From a virus (lineage: Duplodnaviria; Caudoviricetes), in IMG/VR virus record IMGVR_UViG_3300036783_000170, positions 1 through 64,000 of that record: DNA of 64,000 bases. One strand, 5' to 3'. Below the pieces are notes generated by a model that was not told the origin of the DNA, searched no databases, and worked only from the letters and a program-made list of their open reading frames with translations. Numbering within the stretch: the stretch's first letter is position 1; every line of letters starts with the position of its first letter. A program made the translations under genes and the position numbers. Positions 11,498 through 22,447 of this stretch are shown here, piece by piece.

Positions 11498-12369
11498 CCG
11501 GCCGGCACCGCGCCGAGGACCCGCCGCGACCCTCGCTCCGGGAGCGGCTCCTGGCGGCCTTCACGATGACCGCCACGATGGTGTCGGTGGTGGCGCTCAG
11601 CTGGGCGCTGGCCCCCGTCAGGAAGGTCGACGCGGGCTCGCCAGTGGCGTCCGCCCCGCTGCCGTCGCTGGCCGACCCGGCGAAGAAGGAGATCGCGATG
11701 CAGCTGGTCTCCTCCGCCGAGAACAGCTCGCTGGACTGGCGCGCCCAGTACGGGTACATCGAGGACATCGGCGACGGTCGCGGGTACACCGGCGGGATCG
11801 TGGGCTTCTGCTCCGGCACCGGCGACATGCTGGCGCTGGTGCGGTACTACGGCACGATCGCCCCCAAGGCGGGCCTGCTGCGGTTCCTGCCGGCCCTGAA
11901 GAGGGTCGACGGCACCGCCAGCCACGCCGGCCTCGGGAGCGCGTTCGTCGCGTCCTGGAGGGCCTCGGCGGCCAACGCGGCCTTCCGGGCGGCCCAGGAC
12001 CACGAGCGGGACCGGGTCTACTTCAGCCCCGCCGTCTCCCAGGGGGTCGCGGACCACCTCGGCGTGCTGGGGCAGTTCATCTACTACGACGCGCTGGTGA
12101 TGCACGGGCCCGGCGCCGACCCGGACAGCTTCGGCGGGATCCGCGCGGCGGCGCTGAAGAAGCAGAAGAGCCCGGCGCAGGGCGGCGGCGAGGTCGCGTA
12201 CCTGGACGCATTCCTGGACGCGCGCAAGGCCGCCATGCTCCGCGAGGAGGCGCACTCCGACACCAGCCGGGTCGACACGGAGCAGCGGGTGTTCCTGCGG
12301 GCCGGCAACCTGGACCTGCACACGCCGCTGTCGTGGAGCACCTACGGTGACCGGTACGTGATCCGGTGA
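11494..12369 (+). CDS. csn: GH46 chitosanase with N-terminal signal/TM segment
   Basis: KKEIAMQLVSSAENSSLDW..QYGYIEDIGDGRGYTGGIVGFCSGTGDML...YYDA.VMHG...DTSRVDTEQRVFL matches Streptomyces N174-type CsnA, with catalytic Glu and Asp intact. Confidence 0.93.
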   Translation: MTGRHRAEDPPRPSLRERLLAAFTMTATMVSVVALSWALAPVRKVDAGSPVASAPLPSLADPAKKEIAMQLVSSAENSSLDWRAQYGYIEDIGDGRGYTGGIVGFCSGTGDMLALVRYYGTIAPKAGLLRFLPALKRVDGTASHAGLGSAFVASWRASAANAAFRAAQDHERDRVYFSPAVSQGVADHLGVLGQFIYYDALVMHGPGADPDSFGGIRAAALKKQKSPAQGGGEVAYLDAFLDARKAAMLREEAHSDTSRVDTEQRVFLRAGNLDLHTPLSWSTYGDRYVIR

Positions 12370-12974
12370 GGGGGATCGTCGGCATGACCTTCAACGACGG
12401 GCGAACCCAGCAGCGGGAGATCGAGCGTGACCAGACGGTCAGGCAGTTGCTCGACGTGTCCAAGACGATCCACGAGCGCGAGTTGGCGCGTGAGTGGAGG
12501 CTCGGCTTGCTGACGGTCAAGAAGCTGCCCGCCTCGTCCATATCGATCCACCAGCGCGTCAAGGACCTGCTGCCGCTGCACGCCACCCCGGGCGCGGCGG
12601 CCAAGGAGCTGAGCCAGGGGCTTAAGGAGCTGGAGTACAAGGAGCTGCGTCGGCTAGAGGTCGCCGCGTACGAGGACGCCGAGGCGCACCTGGACGGCGT
12701 GTGCCCGATGTGGCGGTATGTCGAGGACGGCCAGCTCATCACCCGCAAGGAGGCGAGCTGGTGGCTGCTCAAGGCGCACCCGCAGCTCACGCGGGACGAC
12801 CTGATCTTCCTGTCGCTGCACCTGTGCATCACCGGCTGGGCGCTGCCGAGGGCGAAGGCGAAGAAGAAGCGGGTCGACTGGGAAGGTGTGGTACTGGGGA
12901 TCTTTGTGTTCGGCCTTCCGGGGCTCGGGCTCGCCCTCTTCCTCATCGCCGGGATCATGGGGTGGCACGGATGA
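12366..12974 (+). CDS. hypothetical protein with C-terminal TM helix
   Basis: GVVLGIFVFGLPGLGLALFLIAGIMGW at the C-terminus. Confidence 0.6.
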   Translation: MRGIVGMTFNDGRTQQREIERDQTVRQLLDVSKTIHERELAREWRLGLLTVKKLPASSISIHQRVKDLLPLHATPGAAAKELSQGLKELEYKELRRLEVAAYEDAEAHLDGVCPMWRYVEDGQLITRKEASWWLLKAHPQLTRDDLIFLSLHLCITGWALPRAKAKKKRVDWEGVVLGIFVFGLPGLGLALFLIAGIMGWHG

Positions 12975-15103
12975 GCGTCAACTGCGGGTTCTGCGGGAGG
13001 TTCGTCGACTCCACCTGGCGAGAGCAGTGGGGCTGCTTCGCGCACGAGACGACCACGTTCTGCCGGCGCTGCTTCGAGTACGCCCCGACTGACGACTACG
13101 AGGACCGGATGACTTGGGGCCGGCAGGCCGGGCTGATGACGGCCGACGAGGCGTCCCGGCACGTCGAGTTCCGAGCAGAGAGGACGCGATGACGACTATC
13201 GACTTGCACGCCCGCGTACTAGCTGAGATCGATCGGCTGATCTGGCTTGAGATGGACCGACGCGATACCTTCGGCATGGTCCCTAGCCCAGTGCCAGAGA
13301 GCCTGCGTGAGCGGGCCGAGAGGCACGCTCCCTATCCGATCGAACTGTTCGTAGTCGACTCAGTTGTCTGTGCGTATGACAAGAGCCTCGACAACTACGT
13401 GACGTGGCCGTGTCCGGATTACCTGTCTATCTGCCGCGAGATCGGGGTGACGCTGTGAGCGCGGACAACTTCGAAGGATTTGTCGGCCGCGAGTGCGGTG
13501 AGCATCGCACGACGGGTGAACGTGCCTGGTGTTTCGACTGCGGCGAGTGGTGCTACCCGGGTGCGCCATGCGTTCGCTGCTTGGTAGGCCCGTACAGAGA
13601 GCGGATCGAGCAGATGTGGATAGGGGTGCGGTCATGAGCCTGAACACCGGCAGTGCTCACCGCACCTGCATGGTCGAGGGCAAGCATGTCTGTCAGGAAC
13701 CGTCAGGCCGTACCTGCGTCGAGTCGGGCTGCGACCAGGACGCAGGTACGTGGTGGGGTCCGTACTGGTGCCCCGACTGCGATAAGGAGCGCCTGGATCG
13801 CATCTCCAGCTTACTCGACGAGATCGCCGCGAGCTTCGGGGAGACACCGTGATGGTCTGCGTTTTGTGCTGGGCCGGCAACTCCGACTGCATCCACTGCG
13901 TTCGAGGTGAAACGGTACCGATCGCTGATCTTGACGACGCAGTCACCATGCAACCTCCGATGACTGCGGATGGTCTCGACGACGGGGAGGACTAGCCGTG
14001 GTCTTTGATCATAAGTGCCCTACACGACATGATGACGAGATCTGCATTAAAGGCGAGGTCTACGGCTACTGCGAAACACCGACTTGCGGTGGGATGTGCG
14101 AGCCGACAAGAGCCTGTACCTGTGAGTGTCATCAGCCGATGCTTGCACCTAGCCAAGATTGGCCAACCGAGCCTGCGATAAGGGAACTTCTATGACTCTT
14201 GATCAGCGTGACACTGTCCGCCACACCCCGTTTGCGGACCTTGATGACGCCTACCTGCCGGATGACGACTGCCAGTCTTGTGGAGTCCCCGCGTCCGAGT
14301 GCGGCCACGTCCGACCAGAGCAAGACGCTGGGTACGAGTTCATCATCCAGAAGGGCTGGAGCAGATGACCGACGAGGCACCCATCGCACGGCCCGACCGC
14401 CGGCTCCAGGCGTGCGTGGAGCGCTGGTACGACGCCTACACCGGCGGCTTCGACCCGAGCTGCTGCCGGTTTCCCAAGAGCTGCTCGGCCGGCGTCTACC
14501 GCGACGACATCGATGAGTCCAAGCTGGAGGGAGGCGACGGATGAGCACCCCCTACGAGGCGTACCCTCACGAGTTCATCTCTGGAGAGCAGCTGAGTCGG
14601 TGCGATCGCTGTGATCTGAGGGAGACGGCGTTCGTGCACCAGTCGACCGCCATCTTGCATGCCCGCGTACTAGCCCGCATCGCCGAACTGGCGTCTGCGG
14701 CGACGAGTGGCAGCTATAGCGATAGCGGTGATGATTGGATCGCTAACCGACTCGCTGCTTCGTGGCGTGAGCGGGCAGAGAGGCACAAGCCGGTGACCGG
14801 CTGGAGCGGCCTGGTGTGCGGCTACTGCATGGAGACCTCTCCTGACTACGAGCTGGACGGCAGCAGCCCGGTCAACTCCGACGCGCCATGCGTCGAGCTG
14901 TGCGCTCTCTGCCGCGAGATCGAGGTGGGGCCGTGAGCGAGCCTATCTTTGATAACTGGCTGCACGACAACGCGCCCGGTCATGAGGTCTACGAGGGAAG
15001 CGAGTTCTCCGACACGTGGACTGGTCAGGAAGTCCGGGACGTGATGCGTTCCGCGTTCTGGGCTGGGTATCGCGCTGCGAAGGAAGAGGAGTTGGGGCAG
15101 TGA
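12971..15103 (+). CDS. lower-GC cluster of Cys-rich small proteins (12971-13192, 13189-13458, 13455-13637, 13634-13852, ~13998-14195, 14192-14368, 14365-14544, 14541-14936, 14933-15103)
   Basis: Coupled ORFs; more A/T-ending codons than flanks; 13189 and 14541 share LHARVLA...RERAERH...PC...CREI. Confidence 0.55.
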
Positions 15104-15663
15104 GCATCGAGATGCCGTTGAGGGTCGGCGAGTTCACGCTGGACATCGTCGAGTTCGTCAGAGCGAGGCTGGATGAGAGGGAGGCGTGGGCTCGCGCCGC
15201 GTCGCATCCCTATCGCTACGCCATCGGCGACCCCGCTCCGCCCGTCGAGGGAGTGCACTGGCAGTGGGTCGCGGGCGGGGACTGGGAGCCAGTCACGCCC
15301 GACCCTGTCGTGGACGAGTTCGTCGGCGAGCAGGTCGACTCCAACGTCAACCTGGCCACTGTCGAGAGGTGGCCGACGAAGATCTTCCGTGAGATGCGCA
15401 AGACGTACGCAGGGTCGATCCAGGAGATGGATCCGTCGGCGGCCGGCCACATCCTCGCCAACGACCCCGCGTCCGTGTTGCGGGACATCGCGGCGAAGCG
15501 CGCCGTCGTGGACCTATGCGAGAAGCTCGCCCGGGCGGCTGCTATCAGGTGCGAGCCGGGCAGTCCCCTCGAGTCGATGTGGACCGCGTACGAGGAAGTG
15601 GCGAAGCAGTTCGCCGCGATCGATTCCGGTCACGCGGATTACCAAAAGGAGTGGGCACCATGA
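15100..15663 (+). CDS. DUF6221-like actinophage protein
   Basis: IVEFVRARLDEREAWARAA...HILANDPASVLRDIAAKRAVV...HADYQKEWAP. Confidence 0.7.
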   Translation: MSIEMPLRVGEFTLDIVEFVRARLDEREAWARAASHPYRYAIGDPAPPVEGVHWQWVAGGDWEPVTPDPVVDEFVGEQVDSNVNLATVERWPTKIFREMRKTYAGSIQEMDPSAAGHILANDPASVLRDIAAKRAVVDLCEKLARAAAIRCEPGSPLESMWTAYEEVAKQFAAIDSGHADYQKEWAP

Positions 15664-17652
15664 GTGAGCCTATCGGAGTCGTCGCGCACGCCGGCTACGT
15701 CTTCCTAGACGTCCCGGACGACTGCGGGTGCCTGACGTACGAGCAGACCATGCGGCTGATATGGAAGCTCCAGCGCGCCTCGGGGGAGGCCATCAAGCAC
15801 CAGCTGAGGGGCCTGGACGGGTCCACCCGATCGGCGGTCCAGATGCTGACCGGGTTCTCCGACGAGAAGCTCGAAGAGCTGGGAGGTGTCGAGGATGAGT
15901 GACGATAAGCGCCCATCGGGGTCGCCGTGGCTGGACTCTGCCGACATCGAGTAGGAGGCCGCCGCTATACGCGGCGGCCCTGCGGTGCCTAGTACCAGCA
16001 GTGGAACAGGTGCAGGACTACGTGGACGTAGAGCATCAAGACACCCCCTCTCGCCCTCGGCGGGACGAACCGACCACAACCTACTCGTAAGGAGATCGAC
16101 ATGCCTCGCAGGACCGGCCAGCAGGAGGTCGCCAACAGCATCCGCCCGACGACCAGCGAGCGCCCGCCGCGCCCCGTGCAGCGGTCGTCCAAGGACCGCG
16201 AGCTGAACGAGCTGCGGGCGCGGGTGACGATGCTGGAGGAGGCCGTGGTGGCGGCCTGGGAGCTGTGGACGGACTCGATCACTAACCCGAGCTACCGCGC
16301 TTACTGCGCCGAGGCGCTGGGCGAGACGGTCGACGAGATCGTCGCCCGGCGCCCCGACGTACTCAACCAGCCGTGAGCCGCCTCGTGTTCGGCGAGCCGT
16401 ACTCCGGCCCGGCCACGGGCTCCTGCACCTACGAGGAGTGCGCGGAGCCGGCGGCCTACGTGGTCGAGTGGGCCGACGGCCCCTACCTGTCGGAGACGTG
16501 CGTGGAGCACGGCGCGCTGCTCCGGCGGAAGTACCCCGAGTACGTCGCGCGCATCCGCAGCTCCTGACCGAGACCCTTCTCCCCTAAGCAAACTTGTAGT
16601 AAGATCCCGCCATCGACCCTCGCCGCCAGAGAGGGGAAGCAACATGGCGGAGCCCTACAGCGCGCTTGAGCGTCTGGACTACCAGACCCCCATCCCGTGC
16701 TACTACATCGACATGTCTCGCAGGGACGACTGCGAGACTGTCGCGCACATGCTCGTCACCCGCGAGTGCTCCTCCGGCCATCGGCTGGAGAACCCGTACT
16801 GCGTCGTCCACGCCACCGCCATGACCGGCGACCCGAGGTGCTGCCTCGCCTGCGGAGGAATGACTCGCTGCGTCTACGTGCGGCCTGTCCCTCCGGACTA
16901 CTGGCCCGGTGAGGACCGGTGATCCTCCTCCAGCTCGTGCTCCGGGCGCTGCTCTCGTGGCTGCCCCAGGACGCCTACGATACCGGGGGCGATGATGACT
17001 GATCTCCTACCGCACACGGAGTGCTTCTGCTGCATCTGCATCGCCCACGAGACAGGGCCGTCGAGCAGCATCATGATCCGTGAGGCACGGTGCCCGGTAC
17101 ACGGCGACGAGCCGACCTCGTGTCCGGTGCACCGTCGGGTCGCGGCGTGAGCACCCCGCAGAGGGGGCTGGCGATCTGGGTGGTCGTGGTCCTGCTGGCC
17201 GCCGCAGTCGGGTGGCTCACCGCTAGGGCGCCGCAAGGAGCCTTGTTAGACTCCGAGTAGCCAGAGAGTGACCGAGGGGACACCGCGTGACTAGATCAAG
17301 AGATCTCAAGGCCGAGTACGGCGACGAGTGGAAGCTCTACGTCGAGGTGGGCGCCGACATGGCCGCCGACCTCGTCCGCAAGGGGCTCGCCTCCCGCTCC
17401 GACCGACCGTACGTGGTCGACGTGACCGACCGGATCGTCTCGGGCCGCTGGGTGCCGCTCGGCGAGGGCTCGTACGTGCTGAGCGACACCACGCAGAGCC
17501 GGCCGAAGGTCAAGGGCCAGCGCGCCCAGGTCGGGCTCGGCTGGTGGGTAGACGGCGCCATCACCCGTGAGCGAGGTGTCCACACCCTGTGGATCGAGGG
17601 GCTCCCGTACAGCGTCTTCAAGCGGTTCGTGCGGCTGACCGACGCCGCGTAG
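15660..17652 (+). CDS. hypothetical proteins (15660-15902, 16101-16376, 16373-16567, 16644-16922, 17287-17652)
   Basis: RBS-preceded ORFs with typical codon bias. Confidence 0.55.
16580..16633 (+). promoter_or_regulatory. degenerate promoter/operator unit
   Basis: AAGCAAACTT 16586-16595, TAAGAT 16600-16605, GCCAGAGAG 16625-16633. Confidence 0.55.
17230..17268 (+). promoter_or_regulatory. promoter/operator unit variant
   Basis: AAGGAGCCTT 17235-17244, TAGACT, GCCAGAGAG 17260-17268. Confidence 0.6.
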
Positions 17653-17668
17653 CACTACACACAGACCC

Positions 17669-17704
17669 CCGGGGGGCGAGCAGCCAAAGGGCCTCGCCCT
17701 CCGG
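17669..17704 (+). terminator. hairpin terminator
   Basis: CCGGGGGGCGAG...CTCGCCCTCCGG inverted repeat between a stop codon and the next promoter. Confidence 0.5.
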
Positions 17705-17713
17705 ATGTGCGCC

Positions 17714-17761
17714 TGGACTACTATAGGGATCCTTGATAACATGGCCCCACACGCCAGAGAG
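17714..17761 (+). promoter_or_regulatory. promoter/operator unit variant
   Basis: TGGACT-N17-TAACAT, AGGGATCCTT 17725-17734, GCCAGAGAG 17753-17761. Confidence 0.7.
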
Positions 17762-17776
17762 ACGAAGGAGACTGTC

Positions 17777-18549
17777 ATGGAGGAGGACCGCATCGACGGG
17801 ATGCTCCGGGAGATCGAGGGCCAGTGGTACGTCCAGCAGAGCGCGCTCCGCGAGGAGCAGGCCGAGGACGAGACGCCGGTGCCGAGCGTCCTGGCCGCTA
17901 TGGTCTGGCCGATGATCATCATCACCTGCGGCGCGTTCTGGGTGCTGCTCCTCGGCTTCCTCCTGGGGCTGTTCTGATGGCCGACCGCAGGCCCGCCTTC
18001 CGGCGTGGGATGCCCCCGCAGGCCGTGTACTCGCCGCGCCCGCAGCGCCGGGTCGTCAGGGACGCCCAGTACGACGGCTGGTGCTACGCGTGTAGCGAGC
18101 ACATCGACGCGGGCGACCGGATCACCCCCAGTGACGAGGGCTGGGTGCACGAGGAGTGCGGCCGGGAAGAGCCCGCGCCGTCGACTCGTCAGATGGGCGA
18201 CTACCACAGCGCTCCGGAGTTCTAGCCCGACAGGAGGATCTTCATGACGGAAGACGAGCGCTGCGAGCTGACGGAGCTGCTTCGGTCGGAGTGCTCGCAC
18301 TGCCGGCCAAACCGGGCGATGGAGAGCCTCGCCAACCGGGTCAACCGCCCGTGGCGTCCACCTGAGCAGCACAAGAGCGGCGACGGCCCTCGGGGGCGAG
18401 GCCTCCCCTTCAAGGAGTGGCTGGACGACTGCTTCGAGGCCAAGATGCCCGATACCTGCGTGTCGTGCGGCGGCCGGATCGCCCCTGGTGATCGGGTACG
18501 GCGCGTCCTGGAGTACAACACGGGCGTCATCCATGGTGAGTGCCCGTAG
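17777..18549 (+). CDS. membrane protein (17777-17977) and two paralogous Zn-binding proteins (17977-18225, 18244-18549)
   Basis: First has a C-terminal TM; the others share C-x2-C-x3-I-x2-GD-R...H-x-E-C. Confidence 0.6.
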
Positions 18550-18608
18550 CGCAGTAAGGGGATAAGCTGGCAGGCGACCGCCACCAGCTTCCTTAGGAGT
18601 ACCGCAGG

Positions 18609-19484
18609 ATGACCGTGACCTTCCAGGGAGGCCGGCTGCGGCCGACCCCCACCAAGCCGCGCCTCTGGCTCTCCCGCCACCTCACGGGCGCGGTGCCGGC
18701 CCCGGCGACCGCCGACTGGCTCTCGAAGGTGCAGAGCTGGCCGATGGGCCACAACGACTCGTGCGGCGACTGCACGATAGCCACCGAGCAGCACGCCATC
18801 GAGATCGTATCGACGTACGGGCAGGGCAAGACGACCACCATCGGCGACGACGTGGTGCTCGCCAAGTACGAGGCCCTGTCCGGCTACGACCCGGCCACCG
18901 GCGCCAACGACACCGGGCTCGTGGTCCAGGACGTGCTGAACGACTGGGTCAAGAACGGGATCGGCGGCCACAAGGCCCTCGCCTTCGCCCAGGTCGACCT
19001 CTCCAACGCCGCCGAGGTCAAGGCCGCGATCGCCATCTTCGGCTGGGTGTACCTCGGCATCAACTTCCCCGCCTCCGCGATGGACCAGTTCAACGCGGGC
19101 AAGCCGTGGGACGTGGTCAAGGGCGCCAGGATCGAGGGCGGCCACGCCGTTCCTCTGGGCTACTACGACTCCAGCAAGTACAAGGCGGTGACCTGGGGGC
19201 GTCCGCAGGACATGACTCTCGCCTTCTTTCAGAAGTATGCAGAGGAGTGCTGGGCAGTGATCACGCCGGAGTGGCTCTCCACCGTCGGCACCAGCCCCAC
19301 CGGGCTCGACCTGTACGGCCTCGGCCAGGACCTGTCCAGCATCACCGGGAGGGCGAACCCGTTCCCGAAGCCTCAGCCGCAGCCGACTCCGTCTCCCACA
19401 CCCGCCCCGACCCCGAAGCCATCCGACCCGGACTCGGTGTTCGCCATGGCGGCCAAGGCGTGGCTGGCGGCCAAGCATTTTTAG
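18609..19484 (+). CDS. papain-like (clan CA) cysteine peptidase
   Basis: HNDSCGDCT (nucleophile Cys), GGHAV (His), TWG; Pro-rich C-terminal linker. Confidence 0.7.
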   Translation: MTVTFQGGRLRPTPTKPRLWLSRHLTGAVPAPATADWLSKVQSWPMGHNDSCGDCTIATEQHAIEIVSTYGQGKTTTIGDDVVLAKYEALSGYDPATGANDTGLVVQDVLNDWVKNGIGGHKALAFAQVDLSNAAEVKAAIAIFGWVYLGINFPASAMDQFNAGKPWDVVKGARIEGGHAVPLGYYDSSKYKAVTWGRPQDMTLAFFQKYAEECWAVITPEWLSTVGTSPTGLDLYGLGQDLSSITGRANPFPKPQPQPTPSPTPAPTPKPSDPDSVFAMAAKAWLAAKHF

Positions 19485-19521
19485 GAGCCCTCTGGCGGTT
19501 GGTCACCGGCAGGGGGCGTAC

Positions 19522-20142
19522 GTGAGTAGGCCGACACCCGAGTTCGACTTCAGCGAGGCCAGCCAGGAGCGCGTCCAGGAGTCGGCGCTGGTGATGCACC
19601 TGGCGCTGGACCTGCGGCGTCTGGGCACCGACGAGGACGTGCTCTGGGCCCAGGAACTTACAAAAGAGATGCCGAGGTACGGCGACGCCGGCCCGTCCTG
19701 GTGGGCGGAGAAGGTGCAGGAGCGACTGGCGGAGATCGCCAGGAGGTAAGGCCGGCGGCGCTTGGTCAGTGGGTATCGAGAGATGCCTGGCCGCCGGCCT
19801 ACAAGGATCCTAGCAGAAGAGAGGGCTCGCGTGACACCAGAGGAGATGGCCCGAGAGCTGGGTCTCGTGCGGATCGCTCTCGGGCGCGTGTCGGTGTACG
19901 AGGGCATCACGGACGTGAGTCCCACCGTGATGATGGTGGACGACCTGGTCCGGAACTACGCCGAGCTGGAAGCTCGGATCGACGCCGCCATGATGGTCCT
20001 GACGGGCCTCAAGGGGCTCCAAGAGGCCCGGGGCGACTTCCTGCTCTACAACGACCTCACCGATGCGCTGGACTCCGTCTACGGCCTCCTGAGGGGCGGG
20101 ACGCGGGTACCTGACGACCCGTCCGCCCTCGACGGGGATTGA
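19522..20142 (+). CDS. two hypothetical proteins (19522-19749, 19831-20142)
   Basis: ORFs with typical codon bias; partial repeat AAGGATCCTA at 19803. Confidence 0.55.
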
Positions 20143-20183
20143 CCAGCTACAAGGATTCTTGGTAGCATCCTCCTGCCGGAGAG
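20139..20183 (+). promoter_or_regulatory. promoter/operator unit
   Basis: TTGACC-N18-TAGCAT, AAGGATTCTT 20151-20160, GCCGGAGAG 20175-20183. Confidence 0.8.
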
Positions 20184-20213
20184 CGAGTCACCCCCAGCAG
20201 GAGGAGTAAGCCT

Positions 20214-20456
20214 ATGTCTGATGTCCAGCGCACCGCCCAGGTGGAGGTCACCTGGGTCGAGTACCCGGACATGGGGTACATCCGGTTGACCACCCGAGAA
20301 GAAGCCATCGTCGAGGACGTGAGGGCCGTCTCCGTCCCTGGTGGCCAGATCATCCTGGACCTCGACAAGCACGGTCGACTCATCGGCATCGAGGTCATGA
20401 ACCCGTCTCAGGTGCTGCCAGCCGACCTGCTCGGTCGGTTATTGGCCGAGTCCTGA
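20214..20456 (+). CDS. DUF2283-like protein
   Basis: YPDMGYIRL...IILDLDKHGRLIGIEVMNPS pattern. Confidence 0.7.
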   Translation: MSDVQRTAQVEVTWVEYPDMGYIRLTTREEAIVEDVRAVSVPGGQIILDLDKHGRLIGIEVMNPSQVLPADLLGRLLAES

Positions 20457-22447
20457 TGGGCGAGATCATCGTCCGGCTCCACGACGTGCACTGGGACGGC
20501 CTGGAGACCCAGGCCGTCATCGGCGGCTGGATGGCGGCCAAGCAGATGGGCCTGACCGTCGAGCAGAGCGACGCCATCGTGCTGCCGGCCTTCCAGGCGC
20601 TCCGCGAGCGAGTGGAGCTGTGGGCCGGCCAGCAGGCCAAGGAGACACCCTCGGGCGAGCAGAAGCAGCGCGCCCTGCGCCACACGCTGGCCGAGGTCGA
20701 CATCGTCCAGCACGACGCGATGGTCGAGCAGCACATCTCATCGGCCGAGGCGCTGGACAAGATCGAGGCCCTGATCACCGCGTACCTGGACGAGTGGGAG
20801 CACGGCGCGTGGTAGCCGACGACGAGAAGAGGAACACGATGATCGAGAACACTGAGAACACCGACCCGCTTACTCATATCATTGGCTCGCTCGCCATGGG
20901 GCCGAGCGAGTACATCGAGCACACCGAGGCGCAGGGGCAGCGACAGCTCGTCGCCTCCGACCTGCTGCCGATCGAGATCACGGGCCGACCCGGCGTCCGC
21001 AACGTGTTCCTTCACCTAGGGTTCGTCTTCGGCGACGCCGTCGAGGACGACCCGCTGTTCCAGCACGTGACACTGCCTGAGGGCTGGTACCGCAAGGGCA
21101 GCGACCACGACATGTGGTCGTACCTGGTCGACGACGAAGGCAACCGCCGGGTGGCGATCTTCTACAAGGCCGCCTTCTACGACCGCAAGGCGTTCATGCG
21201 GCTGCTGGAGCACTCAGAGGTCGAGCAGGACCGCCTCGCCCACGAGACGCTGTGGACGGTCCAGTACGCCGGCCAGGTCATCCCGTACGAGACGTACGAG
21301 GCCGCCTACGCGATGTTTGAGAAGATCTGCGACCGACGCCAGGCGAATGAAGACTACAGCGGCTCCTTCCCGGCTGTCGTGACCCCTCGCAGCCACTGGC
21401 GGCGAGATGCCTGACGACTGCCCTGGTACAGCGGCAAGAGCAAGAGGGGGGAATTGATGACTGAGTATCGAATTGAGTACGCGATCCAGCGCTGTGACTC
21501 CTTTGGTGAGGAGTTCGTCGAGATCGGATTCGGGAGTTCCGGAAGCTGCTCCGACCTGGATGGTTGTACCTTCTCGATCGAGTCGCAGGTGAACAATGGG
21601 ATATGGGAGACCGAGAAGGGCCAGCCCGATCCCGCCGATGTCATGCGGGCCATCCAGATCGAGTCTGAGGGTGGCTGAGATGCAGCTCAAGGAGTGCGAG
21701 GTCTGCCACCGGGTCGGCTACAAGGCGTTCGTGCCGTATGGCGACGCGGGCTGGCGCTGCGGCCGCGACGACCTGTGTCGGGCCCGGGTGCACCGCGTGC
21801 TCAGCCGCTGGCTCCGGGGGCAGACCCTGACGGAGCGGCTCTACGTCATCGAGCGCTACCAGGACGACGGGCGCGTGCACCCGCTGACGTGCGGCGTCGA
21901 CTCCCAGCACCTGCTGGTGCCCAGGGTCGTGGACGACGCGGTCATCTTGCGGTGCTCGGAGTGCTCGTACGACCAGCACTGGATCCCGTGGCATGTGCTG
22001 CGGCCCTACGCGATCAGGCACGGACTGACTAAGGAGGAGGACTGATGGACGACCTCAAGATCTACGTGACCATCGATGGCACCTTCCGACTCTGGTGCGA
22101 CACGTGCAAGACGGTCCTCTTCGAGGACGATGAGGCGTCTCTGAGACACATCGCTGACATCGCTGTCTTGCACTCTTGCGAGGCGGTCGAGGATGCCTGA
22201 CGAGCTTGGGCCACTCGCGGACAACAATATCCGCGTCCATTTCTTCGACGGCGGGGACGTGTCGCTGTACGCCTGGGTGAAGGCGGTACCGCGCCAGGGC
22301 GACAGGATGGAGATCCCCGCCTCGCAGTTCCGCGACGACCTGTTCGAGGTCGCCGAGGTCATCTGGCCGCTGCTGCCAACCGTCTCCAGGCAGGCCCGGG
22401 TAGGGACGGTCAGGGTTCGACTGAGGAGGTCCGGCGATGCCCGGTAA
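20456..22447 (+). CDS. hypothetical proteins (20456-20815, 20839-21414, 21457-21678, 21680-22045, 22193-22447)
   Basis: 20839 ORF carries a phage-type motif LPEGW...GSDHDMWSYLVD..G.RRVAIFYKAAFYDR. Confidence 0.6.
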
